NCBI GenBank assembly: GCA_001771575.1 | Contig: MEUD01000001.1 | Span: forward strand, 991,277 to 1,055,276 | Length of the DNA stretch: 64,000 nucleotides | Source: a candidate division WOR-1 bacterium RIFOXYB2_FULL_45_9 | GTDB lineage: Bacteria; Margulisbacteria; WOR-1; O2-12-FULL-45-9; XYB2-FULL-48-7 | Reading direction: 5' to 3' | Translations under genes and position numbers: made by a program | Part shown: positions 1 to 10,691 of the stretch, one piece after another | How positions within the stretch are numbered: position 1 is the first letter of the stretch | Layout: each line of letters starts with the position of its first letter | The notes under the pieces: generated by a model | The model's input: only the letters and a program-made list of their open reading frames with translations | Database searches by the model: none | What the model was told of the DNA's origin: nothing

Positions 1-50
1 ATGTCGATAATTATATGGAAAGAGAACAACAACAAAAAAAGGGGTAAATA

Positions 51-3000
51 ATGGATATTTATGACGGCCCAAATTTAGTCGGTAAATACGAAAACGGGAT
101 GTGCCTGCCGGCCGAAGGAACGTCGCGCTCGCCTTCCAGGATCGCGCCGGAACTCTCCGCTCGCGACTCGCGCCCTCTGCCGCGCAGTGTTGCATCGCAC
201 CAACCTTTAACCCTGGCCGACTTCAATCCATTTAGTATTTTCATTGGCTGTGTCAACCCAGCTGGATCTTCCGCCTGCCAAAGCATTAGCGACGGGATCG
301 GTAGTTTCTCAATGAACATTCCAGATGGGGTCAACCAGTACAATATTCCATCCGGGACGCCGATCACCTTTACGGTCGCGGTCAACGCCGAATGCGTCGA
401 CCCAGGCAAGATCAGCGTCAGCCTGGAGACCGCCAAGGGAAATTTCCCACTGACGCACGCCAGCGGTCTTTTCTCAACCACCCAAAACGCCGACCGGGAT
501 TGGGGAAAACCGCTCAAGCTTGTCGTTCGCGACGGAGAAGGAAAGATCATCTCGTCCCAAAGCTTCAATGATTTTAGCATCAGCGCCCCAGGGTCCACCG
601 GGACCTCCGGCAATTACCAGGCCGGGATCAACACCAGCTACGAAGTCAGCGGCCAATACGCCCGCCGGCCGATCACCCTCTCTCCCAACTGGCTTAGCGA
701 GATCCCTCAAGGGACCCTGCAATACGCCTGGGAGGTCAAAGATCCAAGCGGCAACCCGGTCGCTTTGACGTCCAGCGGGAACAACACCACTTTCACCCCA
801 ATGATCGATGGGACCTATTCCGCGACATTGACGATCACCGGCGAAAAGCTGGAAAAGCCGCTCTCCGTCCAAAAAAGCGATATTATCGTCTATCCTTTCC
901 CGGCACCAACCCTTAAGATCGACGGCAATCTTTATCCCAAGGGAGAGACAACGCAAAGCTATCTCCCGGTCCTGATCCCAAGCGAATACCGACCGGAATT
1001 CGATCCGGAAGATGAAACGGCCGTCTGCTCGTTCCGGCTCTACCACTTTTTCAACGGAGCGCCGGTCGAAGACAAAACCGCCGACCAGCCCTGCCTGGCA
1101 AGCGGCCAGCCCAATCCTTTCAATTTTTCTTTCCCGGAGGTCGCGACCAACACCAATTACTACCTGGAAGTCAAAGCGGTCGGCGGGGACAATTCCTATG
1201 AGATCGCCAGGACGGAAACCATTTCTGTGGCGCCATCAGGCACAACCACCACGGTCACCGGTGATTTCACGGTCGCAACTCCCTATTCGGAACGCCTGGC
1301 TCACCGGCCGATCACCATTAACGCCCAGGTCATTGACGGCGCCGCCAGCTACCGCTGGGAGATCGTCGCCAAAGACAACGTCGCTTATCCAACCCCCATC
1401 CTCATGGAAGAAGGGGCTTCCCCCACCGTCACCCATACCTTTGATGAATCGGGGAAATACGCTATCCGGCTGACCGTCCTTGACGCCAACCAGGCGGTCC
1501 TGGCGACCGTCACCAAAGAAGGGAGCGACGCGCTCGAGATATATCCTTTCCCCGCTCCGCCGGTGGCAGTCAACCTTAACAACAACAACGGGATCTTTGT
1601 CGGCCAACCGATCAACGTCGCCGCCCTGATCGGCCGCGACTGGCCGGAAGATAACGCCGCCCAGGTCGACTGGGCAGTCAGCCAGGATGTTCCCGATCCG
1701 GGCAATCCCGGTCAGACGATCAATATTCCTCTTTATTCCATGTCCGGAAAAAATGTTACCCCCGTCTTTAACAGCTCCGGCACTTTCCGGCTTGATATGA
1801 CCGTCTCCGGGGCTAATGGATCGTACACGGTGACAAAAACCCAGTTCGTCGACGTTTACGCCCTCTACACCGGCGCGCCGCAGGTCTTGATCTCCGGCAA
1901 CCTTGATTACTCTTACAGCCAGGGAGAGACCGCGACCAGCATATCAGGCTGGACCGACTCGACCGACCCTGACGCGAAATATCGCTGGACCATCACGAGG
2001 CCCGACCTGACCACTCAAACGGTCAACAGTAAAGATATCGCTTCATTTAACTTTGCCCAGACCGGCGAATACGCTTTTAAACTGGAAGTTCTCGACGGCA
2101 ATAACATTGTCATCGGGTCCGCTTCCCGGTCGGTCAACGTTTACCCTGGCTCCACCGCAACCCCGGAGTCATCGATCTCCGGCAACCTTCAATATTCCTA
2201 TCACCAGGGAGAATCGGCGGTCAACATCACCGGTTATTCCACCGACAACGACCCGAACAACCAGTACGAGTGGACGATCGTCTCCCCTGATCCAAACGAC
2301 CCGTCACAATTTATTACCACTCCTTACTCCGGTAAAACGATTGCGTCGGTCGATTTCCCGGTCACCGGAGAATATATTTTCACCTTTACGGTCAAAGACG
2401 CCCAGGGGAACATCAAAACAACCGCCGCCAGAAAAGTTAACGTTTACGAAAATACCATCCCCCTGCCGCAAGCCAGCATTGTCGGACCGTTCTCCGGCAA
2501 AATGGGAGAAGAGGTCCCATTTACCGCCGGCATCATCGACGGGACCCAGTACACCTACACCTGGGATTTTGGCGATGGTACTTTCGGCACCGGTCCAACC
2601 CCGACGCCTCACGCTTTCACCAAAGAAGGGACTTACACGGTCAAGCTGATCATGGCCAGGATCGATGATCCAAGCGTTAAGGACGAAGTCACCCAGAAGA
2701 TCACTATCGTCAAACAGTCGGTCAATCCGCCGGCAATTGGCGTCACCATTCCTTACGCGGCTGAAGAAGACACCCCGATCCCGATGAGCATAACTCTCCC
2801 TGACCCGGCCAACTGGGAGGTCACTTGGGACTTTGCCGACGGCAAGCCGGCAGGCGCGGGAACCGACGTCACGCACCAGTTCGATAATCCGGGCAAATAT
2901 CAGGTCGTCGCCAAGGTTAAAAGTTTAATTGATGGGACCGAATACTTTGTTCCTTTCATTATTACTGTTGTGCCGCACGGCTCGCCTGTACCCAACCTGG

Positions 3001-3269
3001 TAATCAACCCGGGATCCGGACCGGCGCCGCTCAATGTCGTTGCCGACGCCGGCAACAGCTACACCAACGCCGCCGGCGGAAGCCTGGTCAACTATGCCTT
3101 TAATTGGGGGGATGGCTCTCCAGTTGAAAGCGGGATCGCCTCCAGCCTGCCGCACACTTTTGCCTGCGGCGGCACCCAGGCCTGTACTTATACCGTAAAG
3201 GTCACCATCGAGGACAATTTCGGCAATAAGTCGGATCTGACCTCGGTCGTCTCGACCTGGCCGATATAA
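51..3269 (+). CDS. Multi-PKD-domain repeat protein (at least 7 PKD-like modules), likely cell-surface
   Basis: Repeated PKD signatures such as 'WDFGDGTFGTGPTPTPHAFTKEGTYTVKL', 'TWDFADGKPAGAG...HQFDNPGKYQV' and 'NWGDGSP...HTF...YTVKV'. ATG preceded by GGGG(T)AAATA. An in-frame stop lies immediately upstream, so the N-terminus is complete. No signal peptide. Confidence 0.75.
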   Translation: MDIYDGPNLVGKYENGMCLPAEGTSRSPSRIAPELSARDSRPLPRSVASHQPLTLADFNPFSIFIGCVNPAGSSACQSISDGIGSFSMNIPDGVNQYNIPSGTPITFTVAVNAECVDPGKISVSLETAKGNFPLTHASGLFSTTQNADRDWGKPLKLVVRDGEGKIISSQSFNDFSISAPGSTGTSGNYQAGINTSYEVSGQYARRPITLSPNWLSEIPQGTLQYAWEVKDPSGNPVALTSSGNNTTFTPMIDGTYSATLTITGEKLEKPLSVQKSDIIVYPFPAPTLKIDGNLYPKGETTQSYLPVLIPSEYRPEFDPEDETAVCSFRLYHFFNGAPVEDKTADQPCLASGQPNPFNFSFPEVATNTNYYLEVKAVGGDNSYEIARTETISVAPSGTTTTVTGDFTVATPYSERLAHRPITINAQVIDGAASYRWEIVAKDNVAYPTPILMEEGASPTVTHTFDESGKYAIRLTVLDANQAVLATVTKEGSDALEIYPFPAPPVAVNLNNNNGIFVGQPINVAALIGRDWPEDNAAQVDWAVSQDVPDPGNPGQTINIPLYSMSGKNVTPVFNSSGTFRLDMTVSGANGSYTVTKTQFVDVYALYTGAPQVLISGNLDYSYSQGETATSISGWTDSTDPDAKYRWTITRPDLTTQTVNSKDIASFNFAQTGEYAFKLEVLDGNNIVIGSASRSVNVYPGSTATPESSISGNLQYSYHQGESAVNITGYSTDNDPNNQYEWTIVSPDPNDPSQFITTPYSGKTIASVDFPVTGEYIFTFTVKDAQGNIKTTAARKVNVYENTIPLPQASIVGPFSGKMGEEVPFTAGIIDGTQYTYTWDFGDGTFGTGPTPTPHAFTKEGTYTVKLIMARIDDPSVKDEVTQKITIVKQSVNPPAIGVTIPYAAEEDTPIPMSITLPDPANWEVTWDFADGKPAGAGTDVTHQFDNPGKYQVVAKVKSLIDGTEYFVPFIITVVPHGSPVPNLVINPGSGPAPLNVVADAGNSYTNAAGGSLVNYAFNWGDGSPVESGIASSLPHTFACGGTQACTYTVKVTIEDNFGNKSDLTSVVSTWPI

Positions 3270-3318
3270 GTGAAATTATTCCGTATAAGTATCGATAATT
3301 GTAAAGCGAGGAGAAAAG

Positions 3319-5805
3319 ATGCAATATAGACCGATCGTCAGAATCGAAAATGGCCAACCGAGGAGAGAGCTCACCGCTCCGCGGCGTCTGCCGCGCGTTA
3401 TCCATCCGGGAGCGGCAAGACCCTCACTTCTCACCCTGGCCGGACTGGAACAATTTGGCCGGCGGGCTTTTGTCCGGGTAACCGACCGGGCCGCAGAAAC
3501 TCTCTTTCCCAACGCTTCTTCCTTCAATGAGCCGGCCATTGCCGGCGCTCCCCAAAAATCCGATCCGTTGAATTCAACCGCTGTTTTCATGGCCGGCAAC
3601 GGCAACGGAACAACCCGAACCGCCATCCAAAAACTTAAACAGACCCTCCCTTCGCAAAGCAACCAACTTACCGACAAAATGAATTCGTTTGGCAAGCGCC
3701 ACGACTCCGTCTTGAGAAGCAGGCTTGGCCTGCTCACCGCGGCCGGTTTAAGCGTCGCCGCCGGCATCGCCTCTTCATATTCGCTGGCCGTCGCGTCCGC
3801 TTTCTCTTTCCTTCCAATTGCCGCCCCGATCTGGGCTCCGGGGGCGATTATCGGCGCCCTCTGCTTTGTCCCATACGCGATTGCCAGAGTAGTCTCATAC
3901 GGCAGGCTCCGGTCGGCTGTCCGCGACATCGCCAAATTCGCTCAAGGAAGAGAAAAGGAGCTGGCCGCCCAGCTCGGCAACGGCAAAAAAGTCGACTATC
4001 TCCTGGACCATCTCCCTCAAGAAGCCCGCGACAAGGTCGCTCAAGAATTGGCCCGACTCAACGGCCGTGCGATCGATGGGAAAGATTCCCTGATCGCCCT
4101 GGAACTGGCCTATGAAGAATTGAACCAGTTATTGTCCCTCCCTGACGCCGATAGAACAGCCAGAGAGACCGAGATCGCCAAATTGATCGAAGAGATTACA
4201 ACCACTTCAAAGGCGCTTGGTCTGGAAATCTCCCCACAGACAAAGGACGCGAGACAGGTCCCGTACCTTATAGTTCCGGCCAACGCCATGGCCAAACAAA
4301 AGATCAAGGCAATGGCCGATCACAAAAATGACAAAGGGCTCCCCGATCCCGAAATCCCGCCAATGATCGAAGGGGGATGCTTTCTGGGACGCGGCGGAAT
4401 GGGTGAAGTATATTTGGTTTTCAATCCTCATGACCAAAAACACTATGCCGTCAAGATCATGCTCCCCGAACACCTGGGCTCCCCGGCCGCGGTCGCCAGT
4501 TTTCAAGAAGAGTACGATATTCAAGAAAGGATCAATCACCCGGCAGTGGTCAACGCTTTCGCTTTTGGCCGATTTGAGAAAAGCGGTAAAAAGAGCTCCG
4601 ACTGCCCATACTTTGTCATGGAATTGATCGAAGGGGTCGACCTGGACGATTACGCCAGAAAACTCGGCCGACCGCTCAACGCGCGGGAAGCGCTCGTCTT
4701 TGTCGCTAAAATATGCGAGGCGATGATCGCGATCACCGGCGAGAGGGTCACCCACCGGGACCTTAAGTTGAGCAATATATTTGTCGTTCTTGAAGGAGCG
4801 GCCAAAAAGATCAAGATCGGCGACTTTGGGCTCCTGGCCAATATCGACCGGAACGACAAATCGGCGACCGGCGTGTTAAAGGGAACGGTCACTTACATGT
4901 CTCCCGAATACCCGTATGAATACGCGAACCTGACCAAAGCCGAAAGGGACGCCAGAAATAACAGCGGAACTCTTTTCCCGACTCTGGTCCTCCATGACGA
5001 GTACGCGGTCGGGGTCATTCTTTATCGTCTTCTAAGGGGAACCCCCCTGGTCTGGGAATACAACGGCCAATTGCTCAAAACCTCCACTGACCTTCTGAAC
5101 CCGGGAAATTCGGTCGATCGGCGAACCGGACGAGCGGTCAAGGAGATCAGCTGGCTGATGGAATATGCCGCTGATTTCAAAGCTTATCGCGAGGCTAAAG
5201 CGGCCGGCGACCAAAACAGAATGGCCGAAATAAAGGCCAAATACTCGCTACTCCCTTTGGGGAGCGACCCTGTCATGCTCGAGATAACCGCCTTGGTCCA
5301 GGAGATCACCTCGATCGATCCGACCGACCGGCCTAAAGATTTTTCCGGTTTGCGCGATCGGGTTATCGCTCTTTTCAACCAGCATTTTCCCGGTGAGACC
5401 ATGGACGATAGCTTGATCCAGGCCGACCTGATCACCAGCTCGGACATTTCCGTAATTGAGGAGCCAAGCAACAGCGGGGAGCCGACCAAGCCGCGGCTCT
5501 CCGGGATCGAGCCGACCCAGGTCGCCAGTGGCGCGATCACTAATCCGCAGATCAGCGGCTTGCCTACTCTCCAGCAATTGACGGAAACTGTCAGAAACGG
5601 CAACCGGCAAGCCCAGCTCGATCTTTGCCGCAATATCGATCAATATATTGAAGACGCGGCAATCGCCAGCCAATTACTGCCTATCCTGCAAGCCTTCATT
5701 AAAACTACGGCAGACCAGGAACTGAAAAAAGCCGGGCGTTCCGCCTACACGTACCTTTCAAATTTTGTTGAAGATGACTTCGATTCTTCAGGAGGAACAG
5801 CATGA
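3319..5805 (+). CDS. Hanks-type Ser/Thr protein kinase with N-terminal TM hairpin and coiled-coil; kinase domain in C-terminal half
   Basis: Gly-rich loop 'GRGGMGEVY', 'YAVKIM' (VAIK), catalytic loop 'HRDLKLSNIF', 'IGDFG', and an APE-like 'MSPEY'. Two hydrophobic helices near aa 130-190. RBS GAGGAG upstream. Confidence 0.85.
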   Translation: MQYRPIVRIENGQPRRELTAPRRLPRVIHPGAARPSLLTLAGLEQFGRRAFVRVTDRAAETLFPNASSFNEPAIAGAPQKSDPLNSTAVFMAGNGNGTTRTAIQKLKQTLPSQSNQLTDKMNSFGKRHDSVLRSRLGLLTAAGLSVAAGIASSYSLAVASAFSFLPIAAPIWAPGAIIGALCFVPYAIARVVSYGRLRSAVRDIAKFAQGREKELAAQLGNGKKVDYLLDHLPQEARDKVAQELARLNGRAIDGKDSLIALELAYEELNQLLSLPDADRTARETEIAKLIEEITTTSKALGLEISPQTKDARQVPYLIVPANAMAKQKIKAMADHKNDKGLPDPEIPPMIEGGCFLGRGGMGEVYLVFNPHDQKHYAVKIMLPEHLGSPAAVASFQEEYDIQERINHPAVVNAFAFGRFEKSGKKSSDCPYFVMELIEGVDLDDYARKLGRPLNAREALVFVAKICEAMIAITGERVTHRDLKLSNIFVVLEGAAKKIKIGDFGLLANIDRNDKSATGVLKGTVTYMSPEYPYEYANLTKAERDARNNSGTLFPTLVLHDEYAVGVILYRLLRGTPLVWEYNGQLLKTSTDLLNPGNSVDRRTGRAVKEISWLMEYAADFKAYREAKAAGDQNRMAEIKAKYSLLPLGSDPVMLEITALVQEITSIDPTDRPKDFSGLRDRVIALFNQHFPGETMDDSLIQADLITSSDISVIEEPSNSGEPTKPRLSGIEPTQVASGAITNPQISGLPTLQQLTETVRNGNRQAQLDLCRNIDQYIEDAAIASQLLPILQAFIKTTADQELKKAGRSAYTYLSNFVEDDFDSSGGTA

Positions 5806-8800
5806 GCCAAGTTACCAGAATAAACACAACCCATCCGTCATTTAACAGGTACCAAAAGAGCGAAAGAACTTTTATCAACATAATCACCAATAAACGAGGA
5901 AATGTTTCGCTTACCGACAGGTTGGAAAGCGCGCAGAAATTATTGACAGCGGTCCAAAAGGGGATCGTCTGCAATGAGCAGGCGATCATTACTGGTCTGA
6001 AGCCGCTTAAAACTCACCCCGAGTTGGGGACTGTTTCCACTCAAATATTGGAAATAATTACTCCGGTCGTGCTACAAACACCTCCCCCGGCGATCAACCC
6101 TCCGGTCGCTACACCAAGCGTGATTATCAATGTTCCCGAGGAAACGGAACCGCCCACGGTCAGGCAAGCGATCACACCTCCAGCTCCGTCGCAAACTCCA
6201 ACCACTCCGCCGGCATCAAAACCGGCCCCGGCGGCTAAACAAACCAGCCGGTCATTAAAAGCGATCAAGTGGGCATTGCTTTTAGCGACCAGCCCAATCT
6301 GGATCCTCCCCTACCTGGCAGTCAAACTAGTGGGACTTCTCACTAAACCAAAAACACCGGAATACGCTTCGACCGTCAAAGGAGCGCTATACACTCCACT
6401 TGAGATCGCTCAAGGTTTGGGGGGATATTGCTCGGTCGGCGGCCGCTCAAACAATGAAGACGCCGCCGCGATCGACGGCCTCTACCTGCGGGTTTTTGAC
6501 GGCATGGGGGGACATAACGGTGGAGAGGTTGCCGCTGACATCGCCGTGCACAAGACCAGACAGGCATATCTTGGCCGTTCACCGCGCGGACCATTTAATG
6601 CGGCCCAGGCTTTGTTTATGGCTGACGAAATGATCAAGCTTCGAGCACAGAACCAGCCGGCCAACGCGGAACCATTGCTCGGCATGGGAGCGGCGGCGGT
6701 TACACTCTTTGTCGAAGGAAACAAAGCCCAGATCGCCTGGGTGGGCGACACCCGGCTCTATCTCCTGCGCGGCGGAGAATTAATCTTGCAAACCGTCGAC
6801 AATCACGAACACACGCTCCAATGGGGTTCAAGCAATGGTGTTTTGCCGCGAATGGTAAATCCAAACGGAGCAATCGCTTATCCGTTTACCCCTGCTGAAA
6901 GCGCCGATTATCATGAATACACCAGAGCGGCTGGCGGCGGAATACTAAACCCGCTGGGACACCTTGTAGGCCCGGAAAATGTCAGCCGCGCGACGATCGA
7001 AATTAAACCAGGTGACACCCTCCTTCTTTCAACCGACGGCCTGCACGGTTTTATCCCTTTTGATGTCCTGCAAGGCCTACTCAAGCATAACGCCCATCTG
7101 CCGGCGGACGAGAGGTCGCGGTTATTGGCCGAAACCGCTCTTGACTACATGAAAGCCGCGGGAAAAGAAGGGGACAACGCCACCGCCATCGTCGCCGACT
7201 TGGTCGCTGATAAAAAAGGGGGCCTGACCTTTAACCCCAAAGTGACAGCCAATAGCAACACTTATCATGCCTCCGGCCAACTTCGCTCAAAGGTCCTGGC
7301 CGGACCGGAATCTATTCACAACTTCTCCTTTTCGGCCGGCACAGTCGTTTACTATGATGAAGCCGGAAAGGCGGACGGGGTCCTGCTCAACACTGGAGTA
7401 AACCTTGACGGCCAAACTTTTCCAGCCGGCACCAGGCTCTGGTTTGACGGCAATGGAGCAATTTCAGCCGCCCGGATCAGCCGGTCCCTCTCCGTCAAAG
7501 GGCTTGATCTCAACGCCGGCTCTTACCTTTTTTACCACGACGGCAATTTGACCGGCGCCGAGCTTTTCGGCCAACACGACATTTTTGGCGTTTCCCACCC
7601 CCACCGGACCATGATATTTTTTGACAATGGAACGGTCAGAGTCAAGCTAAAACTTAACAACGGCGACACCAGGACCGTCAACGGGATCGATTACGGCAAA
7701 AAAAGCGAATTGGTCTATTCGATCTACGGACAATTGACCGAAGCAAGGTTCTTTGGCAGTTTAACTCTATCTCATTTCACCGCCCCGGTCCCACCCAGCA
7801 GTCAGCTCTTTTTCGCCACTAACGGCGACATCGAAAAGATCAGGACCAACGGGCCATTGAGCGTTTTCGGCACCGAATACCCGGCCGGCTCAACGCTTAT
7901 TCTGGATAACGCCAACCAGCGGGTCGCCAGCGTCATCATTGGGGCCGACATGGGAGAGACCAAGGCCGGGGCCCAGCTCTTTGTTAACGGGATCGGAGAA
8001 ACGTCCGCGGTCAAATACAACCAAGAGATAGAGGTCTTAGGGGTAAAGTTCGCGAACGGGGTCGTTCGCAAATGGACAACCGGCAACGAGGTCGTTATCC
8101 CATCAACCGACCTGACGATCGGCAGTTTTATCATCGGTGCCGGAATGGAGCTCGAGCTAAGCCATCGGAACAACACCTTTGCCTTAATCGTACCAAGCGA
8201 CCCATTTAAACTGGCCGACACCGACAACAGGTTCTCCGACCTGCCGGTCGGCTCCCGAATCGAGATCACGGCCGACGGCACGGTTGTTTCCATCACCCCG
8301 GCAGACGACTGGGACGGGATCACCGCCGGCAATACAGTATACCTGAAAAATGACGGCAACTGGGACGCGCTTGAAGTCAACAATCAGCAAAAGATCGGCG
8401 ACACGACCTGGCTGGTTGGATCGGTCCTCTTTTTTAACGGCGATAAGATTATCAACGCCCAGGCAAAGGCCGGGCAGGAGCTTGCCGGAAAATGGCGTTT
8501 AAAACGCGACCGGGAACTGCAATTTAGCCAGGACGGACAGCTATTTATCCCGGCATCTGATTGCGATCTGATCGCGCCAAGCGCGCCGCCCGCTCCAGCC
8601 ACCCCACCGGCTCCAGTGGCCAGGTTTACCCTTGAGCCGGCTTTTGACATCAATGACGTCAAATCCGTCAGAAGTTATCTTCGCTCTCTGGGAGCTCTTG
8701 CTGACATTGAAGGGGAGCTAACCGCCGAAGAAGAGACAATCGTCAACCAGGAAAACGAGCGGCTGGAACAGATCAAACAGCGCTACGGTTCCGATAGCTG

Positions 8801-8858
8801 GATCAATATGCAATGCATCGCCTCCAGGACCAAGATCCTGGAATTATTAATGTCTTAA
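5802..8858 (+). CDS. PP2C-family Ser/Thr phosphatase fused to a roughly 500-aa beta-hairpin (MORN-variant-like) repeat region; one TM helix
   Basis: 'VFDGMGGHNGGEVAA' and 'LLLSTDGLHGF' match PP2C motifs. Repeats follow the pattern 'G.TFPAG..L.FDGNG.I'. The start ATGA overlaps the kinase stop (4-nt overlap). RBS AGGAGG upstream. Confidence 0.8.
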   Translation: MSQVTRINTTHPSFNRYQKSERTFINIITNKRGNVSLTDRLESAQKLLTAVQKGIVCNEQAIITGLKPLKTHPELGTVSTQILEIITPVVLQTPPPAINPPVATPSVIINVPEETEPPTVRQAITPPAPSQTPTTPPASKPAPAAKQTSRSLKAIKWALLLATSPIWILPYLAVKLVGLLTKPKTPEYASTVKGALYTPLEIAQGLGGYCSVGGRSNNEDAAAIDGLYLRVFDGMGGHNGGEVAADIAVHKTRQAYLGRSPRGPFNAAQALFMADEMIKLRAQNQPANAEPLLGMGAAAVTLFVEGNKAQIAWVGDTRLYLLRGGELILQTVDNHEHTLQWGSSNGVLPRMVNPNGAIAYPFTPAESADYHEYTRAAGGGILNPLGHLVGPENVSRATIEIKPGDTLLLSTDGLHGFIPFDVLQGLLKHNAHLPADERSRLLAETALDYMKAAGKEGDNATAIVADLVADKKGGLTFNPKVTANSNTYHASGQLRSKVLAGPESIHNFSFSAGTVVYYDEAGKADGVLLNTGVNLDGQTFPAGTRLWFDGNGAISAARISRSLSVKGLDLNAGSYLFYHDGNLTGAELFGQHDIFGVSHPHRTMIFFDNGTVRVKLKLNNGDTRTVNGIDYGKKSELVYSIYGQLTEARFFGSLTLSHFTAPVPPSSQLFFATNGDIEKIRTNGPLSVFGTEYPAGSTLILDNANQRVASVIIGADMGETKAGAQLFVNGIGETSAVKYNQEIEVLGVKFANGVVRKWTTGNEVVIPSTDLTIGSFIIGAGMELELSHRNNTFALIVPSDPFKLADTDNRFSDLPVGSRIEITADGTVVSITPADDWDGITAGNTVYLKNDGNWDALEVNNQQKIGDTTWLVGSVLFFNGDKIINAQAKAGQELAGKWRLKRDRELQFSQDGQLFIPASDCDLIAPSAPPAPATPPAPVARFTLEPAFDINDVKSVRSYLRSLGALADIEGELTAEEETIVNQENERLEQIKQRYGSDSWINMQCIASRTKILELLMS

Positions 8859-8871
8859 TAAGGGGAGTAAA

Positions 8872-10593
8872 ATGGCAACATTAAAGATCGATCATCATTT
8901 AATCAACGGCATTAGAAGCCGCTTACCAAGCGCCAGGGTCCGGGCTGATCTAAAACCAATTAACGATCGGGTGATCAATCCGGTCCTCAACGGTTCAATA
9001 TCTGTTCCTGATGATGTGAAGGGCGAAGTTGAATCATTGCAAGCGCAGCTTTTGCGCCTTGTTCCTTCTTTGCCAAAAGGAGCTCCCGTTGCCCCAATCG
9101 ATATTGACGCTCTGGTCACACCTGTGCCTGCGCCTTTGCCTCAGCCTTTGCCTCAGCCTTTGCCTTCACCCTCTCCCGCGGTGCCCGATCCCGACGCCGG
9201 CCGGATGTCGGTCTTTACCCAACAATCAGCAATGCAGTTTATCCAGTCTGCCGCCGCCGAGGCCGCCGCCACGACACCAGCTCCAGCTCCTGCCGCGCCA
9301 AAACCAGCTTCCACGCCGGCCGCCTCGCTAGCCGCGGACCTTAGCCAGCAATTGACGGCCGCCCAGACCAAAGTCACCCGGCTCACCTCCGAATTGGAAA
9401 ATGCGCAAGCAAAGCTAAAAAAAGAAGAAGAACGATCCCTCCGCTTGGAGACCAGCTTGGGCGGCCAACGCGAGAGGGTTCGTGAGGTAGAGGGACAACG
9501 CGACAAGGCAAAGGCAAATGTTATAACTCTGGAAAAAGAACTTGCCACCCTGCGCGCCAGCCAACAAGCGGTCGGCAATCTGAACACGGAGCTTCTTGCC
9601 GCCAAAGCGGAACTCAACGCTTTAAAGCTTCAGCACCAAGCGCTAATGATAACCTCGGAGGCTAAAAGTGAAGAATTAACCCAAACATCAAAAGAACTGG
9701 AGGAGCTAAAAAAAGAACATAATGAAAGTGTCCGTCAATTAAACACCAGCCTGGTCGAAATCAAGAAAGAGCTGGAAGCTAAAATGACCCAAGTTGCCGC
9801 TCAAGAGACCAGGATCACCGATCTTCTCCAACAGATCGAAACACTTCAACAAGCGCTGACTGAATCGGCCAAGCCGATTGTGTCTTCTCCTGTTTTAACC
9901 GGTTCTCCGTTTGAGATGATCAAACAAGCGATCACCCTGGCCCTTGGCTCCCTGGCCGGCCAGGCGGAAGAGATCAATAAGTCAATCAGCGAGATCAGCG
10001 CGAATATCACGGCCAAAGAGAGTGAAGCGGCCGACCTCGACCTGCAAGTCGCCGCCCGATTGGCGCAAATGACCCAGGCGAATGGACGCTACCAGGCCAG
10101 GATCGATAACCTGGATTCCGAATTTGCCGCCGCCGCCGACAGTGACGAAGGGATCAAGATCGCCCGACAAACTATAGCCAAACTGACCAATGAACTCTCC
10201 GCCGCCATCGATCCGGCAAACCGGGAAAAGGTCAACGTTCAGCTGACAGCCGCCCAAAAGTTTCTCGCGAAAATGGAAACAGACCTGCGCCGCGAACTTC
10301 GTCTCGGCGGCCGGGAACAGATCTCCGCGGAAATGCAGCGCGACCTGGCTAAGCGCCGACGGGAGATAGATTCCCTGGTCGCCCGAAAAACCAGAGCGGC
10401 AGTGGAGCTGGACAAATCGCTGGCCGCCCGCGAACAGGCCCGGTTGGGGATCACCCCTCTCGTCGGACAACTTAACGAGATCCGTGGTATACTTAAGTCA
10501 GGCGAGCGCCGGGTTTTGGGCTTGCTTGACAGCCTGCCGCTAGCCGTGGACAGTCCCAGCGAGAATCCAGCCGACGATCAAAACAACTCATAA
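8872..10593 (+). CDS. Coiled-coil protein with Pro-rich (PLPQ)n linker
   Basis: Long heptad-like stretch ('ELENAQAKLKKEEERSLRLE...'). Tandem 12-bp coding repeat at about 9127-9170. RBS GGGGAG upstream; 13 nt after the phosphatase stop. Confidence 0.7.
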   Translation: MATLKIDHHLINGIRSRLPSARVRADLKPINDRVINPVLNGSISVPDDVKGEVESLQAQLLRLVPSLPKGAPVAPIDIDALVTPVPAPLPQPLPQPLPSPSPAVPDPDAGRMSVFTQQSAMQFIQSAAAEAAATTPAPAPAAPKPASTPAASLAADLSQQLTAAQTKVTRLTSELENAQAKLKKEEERSLRLETSLGGQRERVREVEGQRDKAKANVITLEKELATLRASQQAVGNLNTELLAAKAELNALKLQHQALMITSEAKSEELTQTSKELEELKKEHNESVRQLNTSLVEIKKELEAKMTQVAAQETRITDLLQQIETLQQALTESAKPIVSSPVLTGSPFEMIKQAITLALGSLAGQAEEINKSISEISANITAKESEAADLDLQVAARLAQMTQANGRYQARIDNLDSEFAAAADSDEGIKIARQTIAKLTNELSAAIDPANREKVNVQLTAAQKFLAKMETDLRRELRLGGREQISAEMQRDLAKRRREIDSLVARKTRAAVELDKSLAAREQARLGITPLVGQLNEIRGILKSGERRVLGLLDSLPLAVDSPSENPADDQNNS

Positions 10594-10691
10594 ATCAACT
10601 GAAATTTCCCCCAGAGGATGTCGATAAATATAAGGAAGGAATAGGAGCGCGCGGCCAATAGGCCTCCCGCCCATTTTACAGGAGGAAAAAA

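Noticed and set aside
474-1046. Antisense ORFs inside the PKD gene (59..613, 474..1046, 1236..1607 and similar)
   Set aside because: They are embedded in a long sense ORF with clear repeated PKD motifs. High GC gives long spurious antisense ORFs. No RBS or motifs.
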